This document shows positions 1 to 11,429 of a DNA stretch of 64,000 nt, piece after piece. The translations under genes and the position numbers were made by a program. Each line of letters begins with the position of its first letter. Positions within the stretch are counted from its first letter, which is position 1. Below the pieces are notes generated by a model that ran no database searches, had not been told where the DNA came from, and saw nothing but the letters and a program-made list of their open reading frames with translations. Source of the DNA: Candidatus Latescibacterota bacterium (lineage in GTDB: Bacteria > Latescibacterota > CBDEFO01); the NCBI GenBank assembly GCA_965248755.1, contig OZ252149.1:2368001-2432000 (forward strand). Reading direction: 5' to 3'.

Positions 1-262
1 TAGGATCGGTGTAGCCGCACTGGCAATCCTTTAGCTCATTGGCTATGGAGTCGTCATAGTTGCCCCTCAGGACTTTGACGTTGTTATCCTTGAGGATAGG
101 AAAGACCTTATCGGGATTCGGACCGAAAGCGCCAAGATCTCCCAGGCAGAAGACTTCATCCACGCATCTGTTCTTAGCGTCCACAATAGCCGATTCAAGG
201 GCAATATGGTTGTTATAGACTCCACCGAACACGGCTATTTTATTGTAGCCAGAACTAAACAT
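1..262 (-). CDS. Metallophosphoesterase-family protein (calcineurin-like), truncated by the window edge
   Basis: Not in the ORF track. Manual translation from ATG at 262: MFSSGYNKIAVFGGVYNNHIALESAIVDAKNRCVDEVFCLGDLGAFGPNPDKVFPILKDNNVKVLRGNYDDSIANELKDCQCGYTDP. Has GD and GNYD motifs; overlaps the radical SAM stop by 8 bp. Confidence 0.8.
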   Translation of the reverse strand, partial: MFSSGYNKIAVFGGVYNNHIALESAIVDAKNRCVDEVFCLGDLGAFGPNPDKVFPILKDNNVKVLRGNYDDSIANELKDCQCGYTDP

Positions 263-1148
263 TTTCGATGCCCGATGGAAGGTTGGAGCATATAGCTCCG
301 TGCGTATAACAGGTGTAGCAGGCTTTGTGCCGCAGCCCAAAGCTCTGGAAGGATTCTTTCAGATTATCTCCTAACTTGGCGTCGGGGAAATCTATGAGAA
401 TGGGGCATACATAGACACCTTTATCCGTGACCATACGGCTCTTTGAACATATAAGCTGCCCGGCGTCATATCCATCCATCATGTCCTCTGTGACCACCTC
501 CCAGTCTTCGTAGTCGCCGATCCTCAAAAGTTCTCTACCTATCTTCAACGAGGGAAGGATCTTGAGTCTGGGCCTTTGGTAGCCTATTGCCTTTAAGGCT
601 TTGATAAAGCCCTTTTGCACCCTCTCATCTTCGGCTTGAGCCCAGACCCTTGTGGCGGTTATTATGGGCAAAAAACCGTAATTGACCAGTAACTTGACGC
701 CTTCCATAGCCCTGTTAAACGTCCCTTCTCCTCTTATAGGATCGTTCTCCTCCGGCCTGAAGCCGTCTAAGCTGACTCTGAACTCCAAAGAATAGATGGA
801 ATTTGCCTCGATCTGAGATAATGCCTTTATAACCTTATCTTTAAGAATTGTCGCGTTCGTAAGGACAGTGGCAGGACCAATTTTTAATGTCTCCTCTAAT
901 ATCTCCACAATTTCTCTATTCATAAATGGCTCGCCGCCTGTGAAATAGTACTCCTTGACGCCCAATTTCTCGGACTCCAGGAGGTATTTCTTTACCTCCC
1001 CAACGGGCATAAAGCCAAACGAATGGTTCTTCGGGCCACAGCTTATAAAGCAGTGGACGCACTCCAAATTGCAGATCGTCCCACCAATCTGAAACCACAG
1101 GTTGTCAAGGGATTCAAGGGATATGTAAGGATAGTTCATCTTTCCCAA
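255..1148 (-). CDS. Radical SAM protein
   Basis: CNLECVHC (CxxxCxxC), FTGGEP, VLTNAT, RVSLDG motifs; Cys-rich C-terminus (ICSKSRM, VCPIL, CYTC). Confidence 0.9.
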   Translation of the reverse strand: MGKMNYPYISLESLDNLWFQIGGTICNLECVHCFISCGPKNHSFGFMPVGEVKKYLLESEKLGVKEYYFTGGEPFMNREIVEILEETLKIGPATVLTNATILKDKVIKALSQIEANSIYSLEFRVSLDGFRPEENDPIRGEGTFNRAMEGVKLLVNYGFLPIITATRVWAQAEDERVQKGFIKALKAIGYQRPRLKILPSLKIGRELLRIGDYEDWEVVTEDMMDGYDAGQLICSKSRMVTDKGVYVCPILIDFPDAKLGDNLKESFQSFGLRHKACYTCYTHGAICSNLPSGIENV

Positions 1149-1196
1149 TGTTAATAGCTCCTCATTAAGAAGATCTTTCCCTTAGGGCAGCGTTGT

Positions 1197-1910
1197 TCAC
1201 CTGACACATTCGTAATGCTTCACCAATTTCTCAGGCGGAACTTCCAGAGAATACAGGAGCTTGAGCAACCACATCTTAAGGACAGTCTTCCAGACTCCGT
1301 TCTTTTCCCATCTGCGGGCAGATGCCGTTACCTGTTCGTCCAGCATCTGGAAATTACCCGTTCTGGAGAGCTTTTTGCAGAACTCAGAGTCCTCAAATAT
1401 CGGTATCTCCGGAAAGCCACCGACTCTCTGAAAGACATCTTTGCGAACGTATATTGCCTGATCCCCGTAAGTGATACCCAAATATTTTGACCTCAGCGTA
1501 CTCATCACACCTATTAGGCGATAAGACATTCCACCTTCTGAGAGCCTAAGTCTAAATCTACCTCCCACTGTTCCGTCGCCGTTTATAGAGTCTATGATCT
1601 CATCGAAGGCGTTCTGTGGGAGATAGGTGTCGGTGTGGAGGAAAAGCAGAATGTCTCCACTAGCTCTCTCAGCCCCTGCGTTCATCTGCGCAGCTCTTCC
1701 CGGGATCTTGCTTAACAGCACCTTAGCTTGAGAGAATTCAGATGCTATATCCCAAGTTCTATCCGAACTGCCGCCATCTACCACGATTATCTCACAATAG
1801 CTAGCGCAGCTTCCACCCCGGTCTAACCTCTCAAACTGCCTCAGACACTCCGATACTGACACCTGTTCGTTTAAAACCGGAATTATAACCGTGATCTTCG
1901 GTCCGCACAT
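1197..1910 (-). CDS. GT2 glycosyltransferase, TIGR04283-like (rSAM/selenodomain- or arsenosugar-associated type)
   Basis: VIIPVLNE, VVDGGSSDRT, GRAAQMNAGA, LLFLHTD, YGDQAIYV, FED and SARRW motifs. Confidence 0.85.
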   Translation of the reverse strand: MCGPKITVIIPVLNEQVSVSECLRQFERLDRGGSCASYCEIIVVDGGSSDRTWDIASEFSQAKVLLSKIPGRAAQMNAGAERASGDILLFLHTDTYLPQNAFDEIIDSINGDGTVGGRFRLRLSEGGMSYRLIGVMSTLRSKYLGITYGDQAIYVRKDVFQRVGGFPEIPIFEDSEFCKKLSRTGNFQMLDEQVTASARRWEKNGVWKTVLKMWLLKLLYSLEVPPEKLVKHYECVR

Positions 1911-1916
1911 AATACC

Positions 1917-3200
1917 TTAATCCATGTGTAACGCTGAATCCGCGTAGAGGTCTAACTTTGAATCGTTCTGCAAATATGAAAAGACGTCTTTTATCTGCAA
2001 GAGTCCAACCTTGATCAGAAATGTGGAGTTAAGTCCGTAACTTTTGCTGCCCAATATGAAGAAGCCCGGCTCAGGATTGATCAGGGATTCCACGCCGTGG
2101 CTTGCTTGCTCCAGGCAGTCTTCTGATTCTATACCCAAAAGTTCTGTGGCCAGTTTGATAGGTCCCTTAGTAGCCCAGCACTCGTGGACTTGCAGTTCGC
2201 TGTATATACTATTATCGGGGCTATAGCCCACGTTGGCCAAGACGCGGTCGAACTCTTCTTCGAAGGTCTCATCCTCCTTCCTCATCGTCACCGTTACGCT
2301 CCCATTCTCTGAGCATCTGTGAATCTCTTCCACGACTATGCCTCGCAGATGCTGAATATGAGGGGAGGCTCCATCGGCAATTGCGTTGGCTCTTTTAATC
2401 AGATCATCTCTTTCGATTAACTCGTCTCCGGGTATAGATTTATAAGGGATCTTCTTATCTCCTTTTGCGATCGTTATCCAAAGGACGGATGTGCCTTCAA
2501 CTTCGGATGCCAACTTATCTAGATCACATGCACTTGTCGCTGCTGAATAGCCACTTCCTATGACGAGTGTCCGTTTCCCTGCGTATCTATTTCGATCTTT
2601 CCCCAGGACATCATCTAACAGATACGAGATGCTTGAGACATTGGCTCTTTCACCCAGAGCCGGAATGCCCCCGTCGCCCACATAGTTATGATTTCCGTAG
2701 ACGCCCGATGCATCTATCAGGAAATCAGAATAGAATACCCTCTCCTGACCATCTCTTCCTTGTGTTAGGATGCGAAATCTTTTTTCACCTCTTTTCACAT
2801 CGCCGATGAGATCATGTTTTAGAAGGTTCTGCCGGCTTATTGCGACTATCTTTGTCCCCTGGAATATCCTCCCCCTCAGGATGGAGAGTCGGCTGAGACG
2901 AATAAGATATGCTTCGACATATTCTCTACCCGTGGGACATTCATCTGCTGCGGGACAGAAATTCTCTCCATCCTGGGCAAGCAGCATTGCCCCCAACCGC
3001 GAATAGTTGAATCTCCACGGAGAGAACATCTTAACATGTCCCCAGCACAAGATATTTTCTCCGACACAGCCCCTTTCAAAGACCTTCACATCGTACCCTA
3101 AATTGAGAGCATAGATCCCGGCTTCCAGACCGATCGGACCAGCTCCGATTATCGCCAAGCTGCGGGGATCTTCGATCGAAGTCATTACCACTCCTGACAC
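1917..3200 (-). CDS. FAD/NAD(P)-dependent oxidoreductase (flavin monooxygenase-like)
   Basis: IIGAGPIG (FAD), WGHVKMFSPW, IDASG, VIGSGYSA (NAD(P)), LGSKSYG motifs. Confidence 0.85.
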   Translation of the reverse strand: MSGVVMTSIEDPRSLAIIGAGPIGLEAGIYALNLGYDVKVFERGCVGENILCWGHVKMFSPWRFNYSRLGAMLLAQDGENFCPAADECPTGREYVEAYLIRLSRLSILRGRIFQGTKIVAISRQNLLKHDLIGDVKRGEKRFRILTQGRDGQERVFYSDFLIDASGVYGNHNYVGDGGIPALGERANVSSISYLLDDVLGKDRNRYAGKRTLVIGSGYSAATSACDLDKLASEVEGTSVLWITIAKGDKKIPYKSIPGDELIERDDLIKRANAIADGASPHIQHLRGIVVEEIHRCSENGSVTVTMRKEDETFEEEFDRVLANVGYSPDNSIYSELQVHECWATKGPIKLATELLGIESEDCLEQASHGVESLINPEPGFFILGSKSYGLNSTFLIKVGLLQIKDVFSYLQNDSKLDLYADSALHMD

Positions 3201-3499
3201 CGTAACTCAACCTTGGCAGCTTGCAGGCTATGCAAATAAGAAGCCTAAACTCTCGTTTAGTTGCATCTCCCAAAAACTTACTCTTATCTCAGTTCCCCGG
3301 ATTATCCTAGTAGGAGACTTCAAGGAGGATTCTACCTGTCTGTAAAGTGGTCTATCAGGTAGTGAGCGAAAGCGTAAAGTATTAACAATAGAAACCATCT
3401 TATCTTTCCTAATGTCTTGTCTATCTTGTCTTCTGATACTGTGTCATGAATAGTCTCAACGTTGTGGTTCTTCAGATCTCCTACGAAATTTGATCCGTG

Positions 3500-5075
<1,576 letters not shown>

Positions 5076-5085
5076 TTATACTTAA

Positions 5086-5425
5086 TCACCGTTGGTGCCG
5101 GTGAACCTCTCCAGGGATGCTCATAGCAAGGTGTATGTATGGATCGGCGGATCGGCGCCCTTGGGATGAATCTGATGGAAATGATTCTTCGGCAGCAAGA
5201 TGAAATCTGCAGAGAGCGCATGGATCGGCTCAGAACGGCCTTCGATCCCCCAGTCTATTTCACCCTCCAGTAATGGCCCACCATTCGTGGTAGATATAAT
5301 AATGCCTATCGTTGCTCTGCCCAGGGAGGATCACCGTTCTTATTCTTCAGTTCGTCCAGTCTGGCGTGAAAGATCCCATCTTGAAGAACAGGTTTCACAT
5401 CAGCCATTAGCATCTCGTTCTCCAT
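5086..5425 (-). pseudogene. Cupin-domain protein remnant (frameshifted)
   Basis: Fragments in shifting frames: ARLDELKNKNGDPPWAE / NDRHYYIYHEWWAI / LLEGEIDWGIEGRSEPIHALSADFILLPKNHFHQIHPKG / SIPGEVHRHQR*; resemble the two cupin motifs. Confidence 0.55.
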
Positions 5426-5617
5426 AGTGCGTGAGCATCTTATCCAAACTCCAAGATAACCTCTTTCCAATCTGAAGTCAACAATAATTGCTATGTAAGG
5501 AATATATTGTATCTGCTGAAAGGACTTGCCCTTGGATACAATCATCCATATATTATACTTACGCTATTCTATACTCATCTACGAACCGAGGCTCTCTCCT
5601 CACCTCTCAATTCTGAC

Positions 5618-6613
5618 ATGTTAAGACAGAAGATATTCGAAGGAAGTTACTACGACATAGGTCTGCAAAGGGCCAAAGACCTCACTACGCTGCCTATCCC
5701 TCTGCCTTCGCGTAAAGACGTAAACTTTGCAAACGAGTGCAGAAGCATAGTTCAAGCGATATATCCCCCTATGATAGATGAGTTTGAGGGCATTTTGGAA
5801 GCTGGAAGATTCCAAAGCGAAGCCTTTACTGCCTATTTCTTCGCCCGCACGGAGGGGATACTAAGAGGATGCACAAGCTTTGCCGCCCTCCCACCGATCA
5901 CTGCGGACAAAACCGTGATTGTTGGCAGGAACTACGATTGGATATACTCAGATCTTAAATGGTGCGAGCTGAGATACATAATACCTGACGGGGCTAATCG
6001 GACTCTATCTTACACACATCATTAGGCGGGCAGTCCTGACGTTCTCAATGAAAAAGGACTCTGTCTTACGATGGCGTCTCTTCCAACAAGAGACCCTCAA
6101 CAGCCAGGACTCCAGTGGATCATCGTGGTAGAAATTGTAATGGATACTCTCGGAAACGTCAGAGACGCTATAGACTTTATGCAAGCAGTACCTCATCTGA
6201 GGACAATGAGTTATCTTCTAGCTGATAGCAACGGTGACGCTGCGGTTGTGGAGGCTATGCCAGGCTGTGTACATGTCAGAGAACCGACGAACGGTTACGT
6301 AATAGCAACCAATCACCGCACAGGAGAAGACAACAAGGGAGGGCATACGTCGAGGCTCCGTTATGGCAGAGTAGATCAGATGCTGCGCAGACTACGGGGC
6401 ACTCTAGATGTCCACTCAGTCAAGGAAATACTCAGAGATCATACATCCTATATATGTTCCGGCACTCACGGAGATGTGGTAGATGTATCCCACAAAACGG
6501 GCCACGGATGGGGCACAATATGGTCTTTAATATGCAAGCCCCAAAGCAGGCAACTCTGGATAGCCCCAGGACATCCCTGTGAGGCAGAATATCAAGAAGT
6601 ACAGGGCTTATAG
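5618..6613 (+). pseudogene. C45 family peptidase / Ntn acyltransferase split by an in-frame TAG
   Basis: G-CTSFA autoproteolysis site, GRNYDW, LNEKGL, YLLAD, IATNH motifs; ORFs 5507..6025 and 6071..6613 share one frame, separated by TAG at 6023-6025. Confidence 0.8.
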
Positions 6614-6679
6614 TTTTTGTAAACTCCTTATTAAGCAAGAAATATCAAACGTTCCATATATTCTAACGTTAGGGATAAA

Positions 6680-8209
6680 TTGATGTTTAAAAAGGTTTTG
6701 ATCGCAAATAGAGGTGAGATAGCCGTCCGGGTTATAAGAGCGCTCAGAGAGATGGGCATAGCCTCTGTGGCTGTATTTTCCGAGCCAGATAGAAAGGCGC
6801 TTCACGTTCTCTTGGCCGACGAGGCCGTCTGTGTAGGCCCCGCTGAGTCTATAAATAGCTATCTCAACATTGAAGCTATACTTGAAGCGGCTCAGAGAAC
6901 AAAAGCTGAGGCGATTCATCCCGGATACGGTTTTTTGGCGGAGAATCCCCTCTTTGCAGAAGCGTGCAGCCACAGCAGCATCTGCTTCATCGGCCCCTCA
7001 CCTGAAGCCATCGAGGCTATGGGAGATAAATTAAGGTCCAAAAAGCTGATGCAAAGCGCAGGGATTCCGGTAATTCCCGGATCACAGGAGGCAGTAGCTG
7101 ATGTGGATAGCATGATGGAGCTCGCGACCGATATTGGGTTCCCTGTACTCATCAAAGCTGCTGCAGGCGGAGGCGGAAAGGGTATGAGGATAGCAAGTAC
7201 CAAAAGCGAACTAACAAGTGCGGTCCGGCAAGCTCAATCTGAGTCGCTTTCGGCCTTCGGAGACGACAGACTCCTTCTTGAAAAGTTCATCCAAGACCCC
7301 AGACACATTGAAATACAAGTTCTGGGAGATTCTTTCGGGAATATAGTACACCTGGGTGAAAGAGAGTGCTCCATCCAGAGGCGATATCAGAAGATAGTCG
7401 AGGAATGCCCGTCCACCTTTGTCAACAAGCAGATGAGAAATGAGCTCGGGAAAGCCGCCGTTGCCGCCGCCACACTTGTAGACTACGTGAACGCTGGAAC
7501 TGTAGAGTTCCTCGTGGATCAAGATAGAAACTTCTACTTTCTGGAGATGAACACAAGGCTTCAAGTAGAGCATCCCATAACCGAGATGACAACCGGCATA
7601 GATCTTGTTAAGGAACAGATCCAAATAGCAACGGGCGCCAAACTAAGTTTTGGGCAGAAGGACATAAACATAAACGGTTCCGCAATCGAATGTCGAATCT
7701 ACGCTGAGGATTTCCTTAACAACTTCTCCCCCTCTGTCGGCGTCATTCAAAGGCTGCGGTTACCTGAAGGCCCCTGGATCAGAAATGACTGTGGAGTCTA
7801 TGAGGGCTACTACGTCCCTATTCATTATGATCCCTTGATAGCGAAGCTTTCGACATGGGGTCGCAACCGCACTGAGGCCATCCACCGCATGAGAAGTGCT
7901 CTTTCAGAGTACGCGGCAGATGGTATAACCACAACACTTGATTTTCACAGACTTCTCTTACATAATAAGTTCTTCCTGAAGGGCAATATAACTACACATT
8001 TTCTTGATAAGCATTTTACTATACAGAGAGATAGAGATCAACCTGATACCGACGCCGAACTTGCAGCAATCCTATCTGTCGCTGTAATGGAATCTAAGAA
8101 ATCTCAACTTACCTCACCTACAACAGATACTTACCCGTCTGTCTCAAATTCCTGGAAGCTCTCAGGTAGAAGGAGAGCTTTAAGTGGCAGGATGCCAAAT
8201 ACAAGCTGA
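6680..8209 (+). CDS. accC: Biotin carboxylase subunit of an acyl-CoA carboxylase (AccC/PccA-like)
   Basis: KVLIANRGEIA, IHPGYGFLAEN, GGGGKGMR, ERECSIQRR, EMNTRLQVEHP. Confidence 0.93.
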   Translation: MMFKKVLIANRGEIAVRVIRALREMGIASVAVFSEPDRKALHVLLADEAVCVGPAESINSYLNIEAILEAAQRTKAEAIHPGYGFLAENPLFAEACSHSSICFIGPSPEAIEAMGDKLRSKKLMQSAGIPVIPGSQEAVADVDSMMELATDIGFPVLIKAAAGGGGKGMRIASTKSELTSAVRQAQSESLSAFGDDRLLLEKFIQDPRHIEIQVLGDSFGNIVHLGERECSIQRRYQKIVEECPSTFVNKQMRNELGKAAVAAATLVDYVNAGTVEFLVDQDRNFYFLEMNTRLQVEHPITEMTTGIDLVKEQIQIATGAKLSFGQKDININGSAIECRIYAEDFLNNFSPSVGVIQRLRLPEGPWIRNDCGVYEGYYVPIHYDPLIAKLSTWGRNRTEAIHRMRSALSEYAADGITTTLDFHRLLLHNKFFLKGNITTHFLDKHFTIQRDRDQPDTDAELAAILSVAVMESKKSQLTSPTTDTYPSVSNSWKLSGRRRALSGRMPNTS

Positions 8210-8210
8210 T

Positions 8211-8732
8211 ATGCAAGATAGATTCTACATCCTAACGCGAGAAGGCAAAACACACTCCGTCCAAGTAAAAAGACAAGACAATGCTTATATCATCACAGTG
8301 GACGATGTACAGTACACAATTGACGCAGTTGATATCATAGCACAAAGTCTTATCTCGCTCCTAATAGGCGATAGATCAATTGAAGTTGGTACTTCCGTAC
8401 AAGGCGACCAGTACACTCTATCTATAGGAGGATATCAATTCACGTTACAAGTAAAAGATGAGCTCTCCTTAGGAGCCTTTGAGAAATCCAAAGGTACAAC
8501 CCATGCCATAAAGCAAGAGATCTTGTCTCCCATCCCCGGTGTGGTCGCTTCTATTCAGAAATCCCTCGGAGACCATGTCAAGGATGGTGATACCCTAATT
8601 GTCCTTGAGGCTATGAAGATGTTTAATGAAATCACATCCCATCAAAACGGCATTCTAGAATACATAGCGGTAAAAAAAGGCGATGTCGTAGAATCTCATC
8701 AGTTGTTAGTCGTTATAGCACCAGGAAAATAA
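8211..8732 (+). CDS. Biotin carboxyl carrier protein (biotinyl domain with N-terminal BT-like region)
   Basis: EAMKM biotinylation motif; ATG at 8211 immediately follows the accC stop. Confidence 0.88.
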   Translation: MQDRFYILTREGKTHSVQVKRQDNAYIITVDDVQYTIDAVDIIAQSLISLLIGDRSIEVGTSVQGDQYTLSIGGYQFTLQVKDELSLGAFEKSKGTTHAIKQEILSPIPGVVASIQKSLGDHVKDGDTLIVLEAMKMFNEITSHQNGILEYIAVKKGDVVESHQLLVVIAPGK

Positions 8733-8795
8733 TTGCAAACCTGATAAGAGAGCAACATAAACTTCAATTACTTTGCCTAAGTATCCGCTTCTTCA

Positions 8796-9135
8796 TTTTC
8801 CACAAGTAATTTACTCTTATTATAAATAATATAGTTATAACAACACTAATTATAATACTATGTTTATATGTTAATAACATGCCTAAAGAAGAGGAGAAGA
8901 ACAACACAATGCCATACGGAACCTAAAACCTTAAGATACTTGAATAGATAGGCAAATCGTGTGCATAGAAATCTGGAAAAGTCTAAGTTCTTCACTTCCG
9001 TCCCTTTACCTTGTGCGTAATTCCAATGAAGAGGTAGTGTTGTTAACATAGTTATCAACTTCTTTTGTGGATAACTATTACTGACTATACCAACCCTAAA
9101 CGGGCCGCGAAACGTGCTACGTTGCCAGTGGACAA
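8796..9135. promoter_or_regulatory. Candidate oriC element 1: DnaA boxes plus AT-rich stretch downstream of dnaA
   Basis: TTTTCCACA 8796-8804; very AT-rich 8811-8880; perfect TGTGGATAA 9066-9074; several weaker boxes. Confidence 0.65.
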
Positions 9136-9168
9136 TATCTTTACTACATTTCCTGCATATGCTAAGGA

Positions 9169-10566
9169 CTAATGGGAATAGGGCGGGATCTTTCGTGGGG
9201 TAGCCTCTACTACAATAGAATCTGATAGCGACTTTATCTCTTCACCGAATTTCTGATCGGCCTCAATCCTACTTCTTATTCTTTGACATGCATGCAAGAC
9301 AGTCGTATGATCTCTACCTCCGAAGTGCAGCCCTATATTCTTGAGTGTCACTTTTGTAAGGCTCTTTGAAAGATGCATAGCTATTTGGCGAGCTGCTGCT
9401 ATATCCTGCTTGCGACTCTTGCCTATCAGAACGTCCTGTGGGATCTGATAATATTCACAAGTCTTACGTTGTATCACCTCTACAGTTACTATAAGACCTG
9501 ATGTTTGAAGGGAAGGTTCTACAATCCTCTTTACCATCTCTAACGATATACTTCGATTATTAAGCGAAGTATAAGCAAGAATCTTCAGAAGACAGCCCTC
9601 AAGCTCCCGGATGTTAGAACTCACGTTCTTTGCGATAAAGGAGGCTATCTCGTCAGATATAGCGATAGACTGATCCTCAGCCTTTTTTTTCAGGATAGCT
9701 ATTCTCGTCTCCAGGTCGGGAGGTTCTATACTTGTCACGAGCCCCCACTGGAATCGGGAAATAAGACGTTCTTCCATGCTCTTGAGTCTATTGGGCGGAC
9801 AGTCAGACGTTAGCACTATCTGCTTGCCGTTCTGATGTAGTGCGTTGAACGTGTGGAACAGTTCCCGTTGAATACTCTCAGTCATAAGGAAAAACTGCAC
9901 ATCATCTACCAGCAGGATATCAGCAGTACGGTACCTTTTCGCAAAATCCGCAGTTTTTCTCTCTTTCATTGAGTTTATAAACTCAGTGAAGAACTGCTCA
10001 GACGACACACATATTATGTTTTGTACAGTAGACTCCGAAACGCAGAAGTCCGCAATAGCCTGAAGGATGTGAGTCTTACCCAGTCCCACTCCTCCATAGA
10101 TTACCAGAGGATTAAAAGGATTATCCCCAGGTGCTTCAGCTACAGCCATCGAAGCAGCATGGGCAAACTCGTTTCCTGTTCCAACCACAAATTTGTCAAA
10201 CGTATATTTCGAATTAAGTGTTCCCATTAAGATGGGCGAGGTCTCACTACCTTCTGGCACCGAACAACGAGCACGCGAAAACGGCGGCGGCCCACGCATG
10301 TCGTTCTCGACTATAGAGAACGTAATTTCTGGAGAAACCGAGCTCTCCTCCCGGATAGTACTTGATATTATATCAAAGTAGTTCTCCTCCAAAAAATCTC
10401 GAAAGAATGCACTGGGCACCTCGATTTCCACTACCTCTTCGTCGAATCGGCAACAGTTAGTCGTACGAAACCATGTCTCAAAGCTTTGGTGCTTAATTTT
10501 TTTCTCTATGGCACTCAGGCATTTTCGCCATGTTTCGTGAGGGTCGCTATACATCTTCTCTTCCAT
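9169..10566 (-). CDS. dnaA: Chromosomal replication initiator DnaA
   Basis: YTFDKFVVG, YGGVGLGKTH, LLVDDVQF, RELEG, GGRDHTTVLHA; start likely 10566 or 10554. Confidence 0.98.
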   Translation of the reverse strand: MEEKMYSDPHETWRKCLSAIEKKIKHQSFETWFRTTNCCRFDEEVVEIEVPSAFFRDFLEENYFDIISSTIREESSVSPEITFSIVENDMRGPPPFSRARCSVPEGSETSPILMGTLNSKYTFDKFVVGTGNEFAHAASMAVAEAPGDNPFNPLVIYGGVGLGKTHILQAIADFCVSESTVQNIICVSSEQFFTEFINSMKERKTADFAKRYRTADILLVDDVQFFLMTESIQRELFHTFNALHQNGKQIVLTSDCPPNRLKSMEERLISRFQWGLVTSIEPPDLETRIAILKKKAEDQSIAISDEIASFIAKNVSSNIRELEGCLLKILAYTSLNNRSISLEMVKRIVEPSLQTSGLIVTVEVIQRKTCEYYQIPQDVLIGKSRKQDIAAARQIAMHLSKSLTKVTLKNIGLHFGGRDHTTVLHACQRIRSRIEADQKFGEEIKSLSDSIVVEATPRKIPPYSH

Positions 10567-10852
10567 CTTTGGTGGTTTTTCCATATTTTTAGGCAAAGGT
10601 AAAAACAACAACGATTCACCCTAGCAAGGGTACAACACGATAAAAGCCCTTCCGAACAAAACCAATCCGCTGTTCATGCATACCGGTAAAATAGCAACGA
10701 TACATCTGCTAAATACAGAGATCTATTGAGACACTATCGGAGATTCTTTCGGCTGGTAATCTTAATGTTTACGCGAATGAACGGGCGAAAAGCAGACTTT
10801 CAGGTGTAGCGTTAGGAGTGCAGCGATTACAGAGCCATCTGAAGAGCTACAT

Positions 10853-10906
10853 TTGTCCACACGCTGCATACCTCTAAAAACTACAAATTCACATAGGGAA
10901 AGTCAA
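10853..10906 (-). promoter_or_regulatory. Putative sigma70 promoter of dnaA with DnaA-box-like sites
   Basis: TTGACT(10906-10901)-17 nt-TAGTTT(10883-10878); TGTGAATTT in the spacer and TGTGGACAA at 10861-10853. Confidence 0.5.
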
Positions 10907-11199
10907 GAGATTTTCGACAGAAAAAACGGGTTACTCCACTCCTAAAAAACCAACGAAACCTTTACTATAACATACTCATAATGCTTAACATATATAGACA
11001 CTCATGTAAAACACATGGTATATGAAAACGAGTCCTTACTAGGTTGTAAGACAATGCAATATTTTAGATCAACTATACTTCTGAATACCTAACGATTTCC
11101 CAAGAAAAGAGTTAACTTGGCCCAACACCATAACTTCTCGATCTTATCAGTACTTTAAACTAGCACCCTTTTCAGGCTGGGAATAATCAGGGAAAGAGC

Positions 11200-11228
11200 T
11201 TGACAGAAAAAAAATTTACGTTTATATT
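11200..11228 (+). promoter_or_regulatory. Sigma70 promoter of the rpmH operon
   Basis: TTGACA-17 nt-TATATT. Confidence 0.75.
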
Positions 11229-11290
11229 TAATCATTCACCACCCAAAAAACAAAAAGACTTCGGTGCATAGCTACAGTGGAGGATTTAAA

Positions 11291-11425
11291 TTGAAGAGGA
11301 CATTCCAGCCCAGCAACAGAAAACGCAAAAATAAACATGGATTCAGAAGGAGAATGAAAACACCAGCGGGGCGCCAAGTGATCAAACGGCGCAGACAGAG
11401 AGGAAGAAAGCGTTTAGCCGTTTAA
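11291..11425 (+). CDS. rpmH: 50S ribosomal protein L34
   Basis: Below ORF-track cutoff; TTG start after [50 protein letters not shown]. Confidence 0.97.
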   Translation: MKRTFQPSNRKRKNKHGFRRRMKTPAGRQVIKRRRQRGRKRLAV

Positions 11426-11429
11426 TTTA

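Noticed and set aside
5083..5430. Possible ncRNA (6S-like) upstream of obgE
   Set aside because: Better explained as a frameshifted cupin pseudogene on the minus strand
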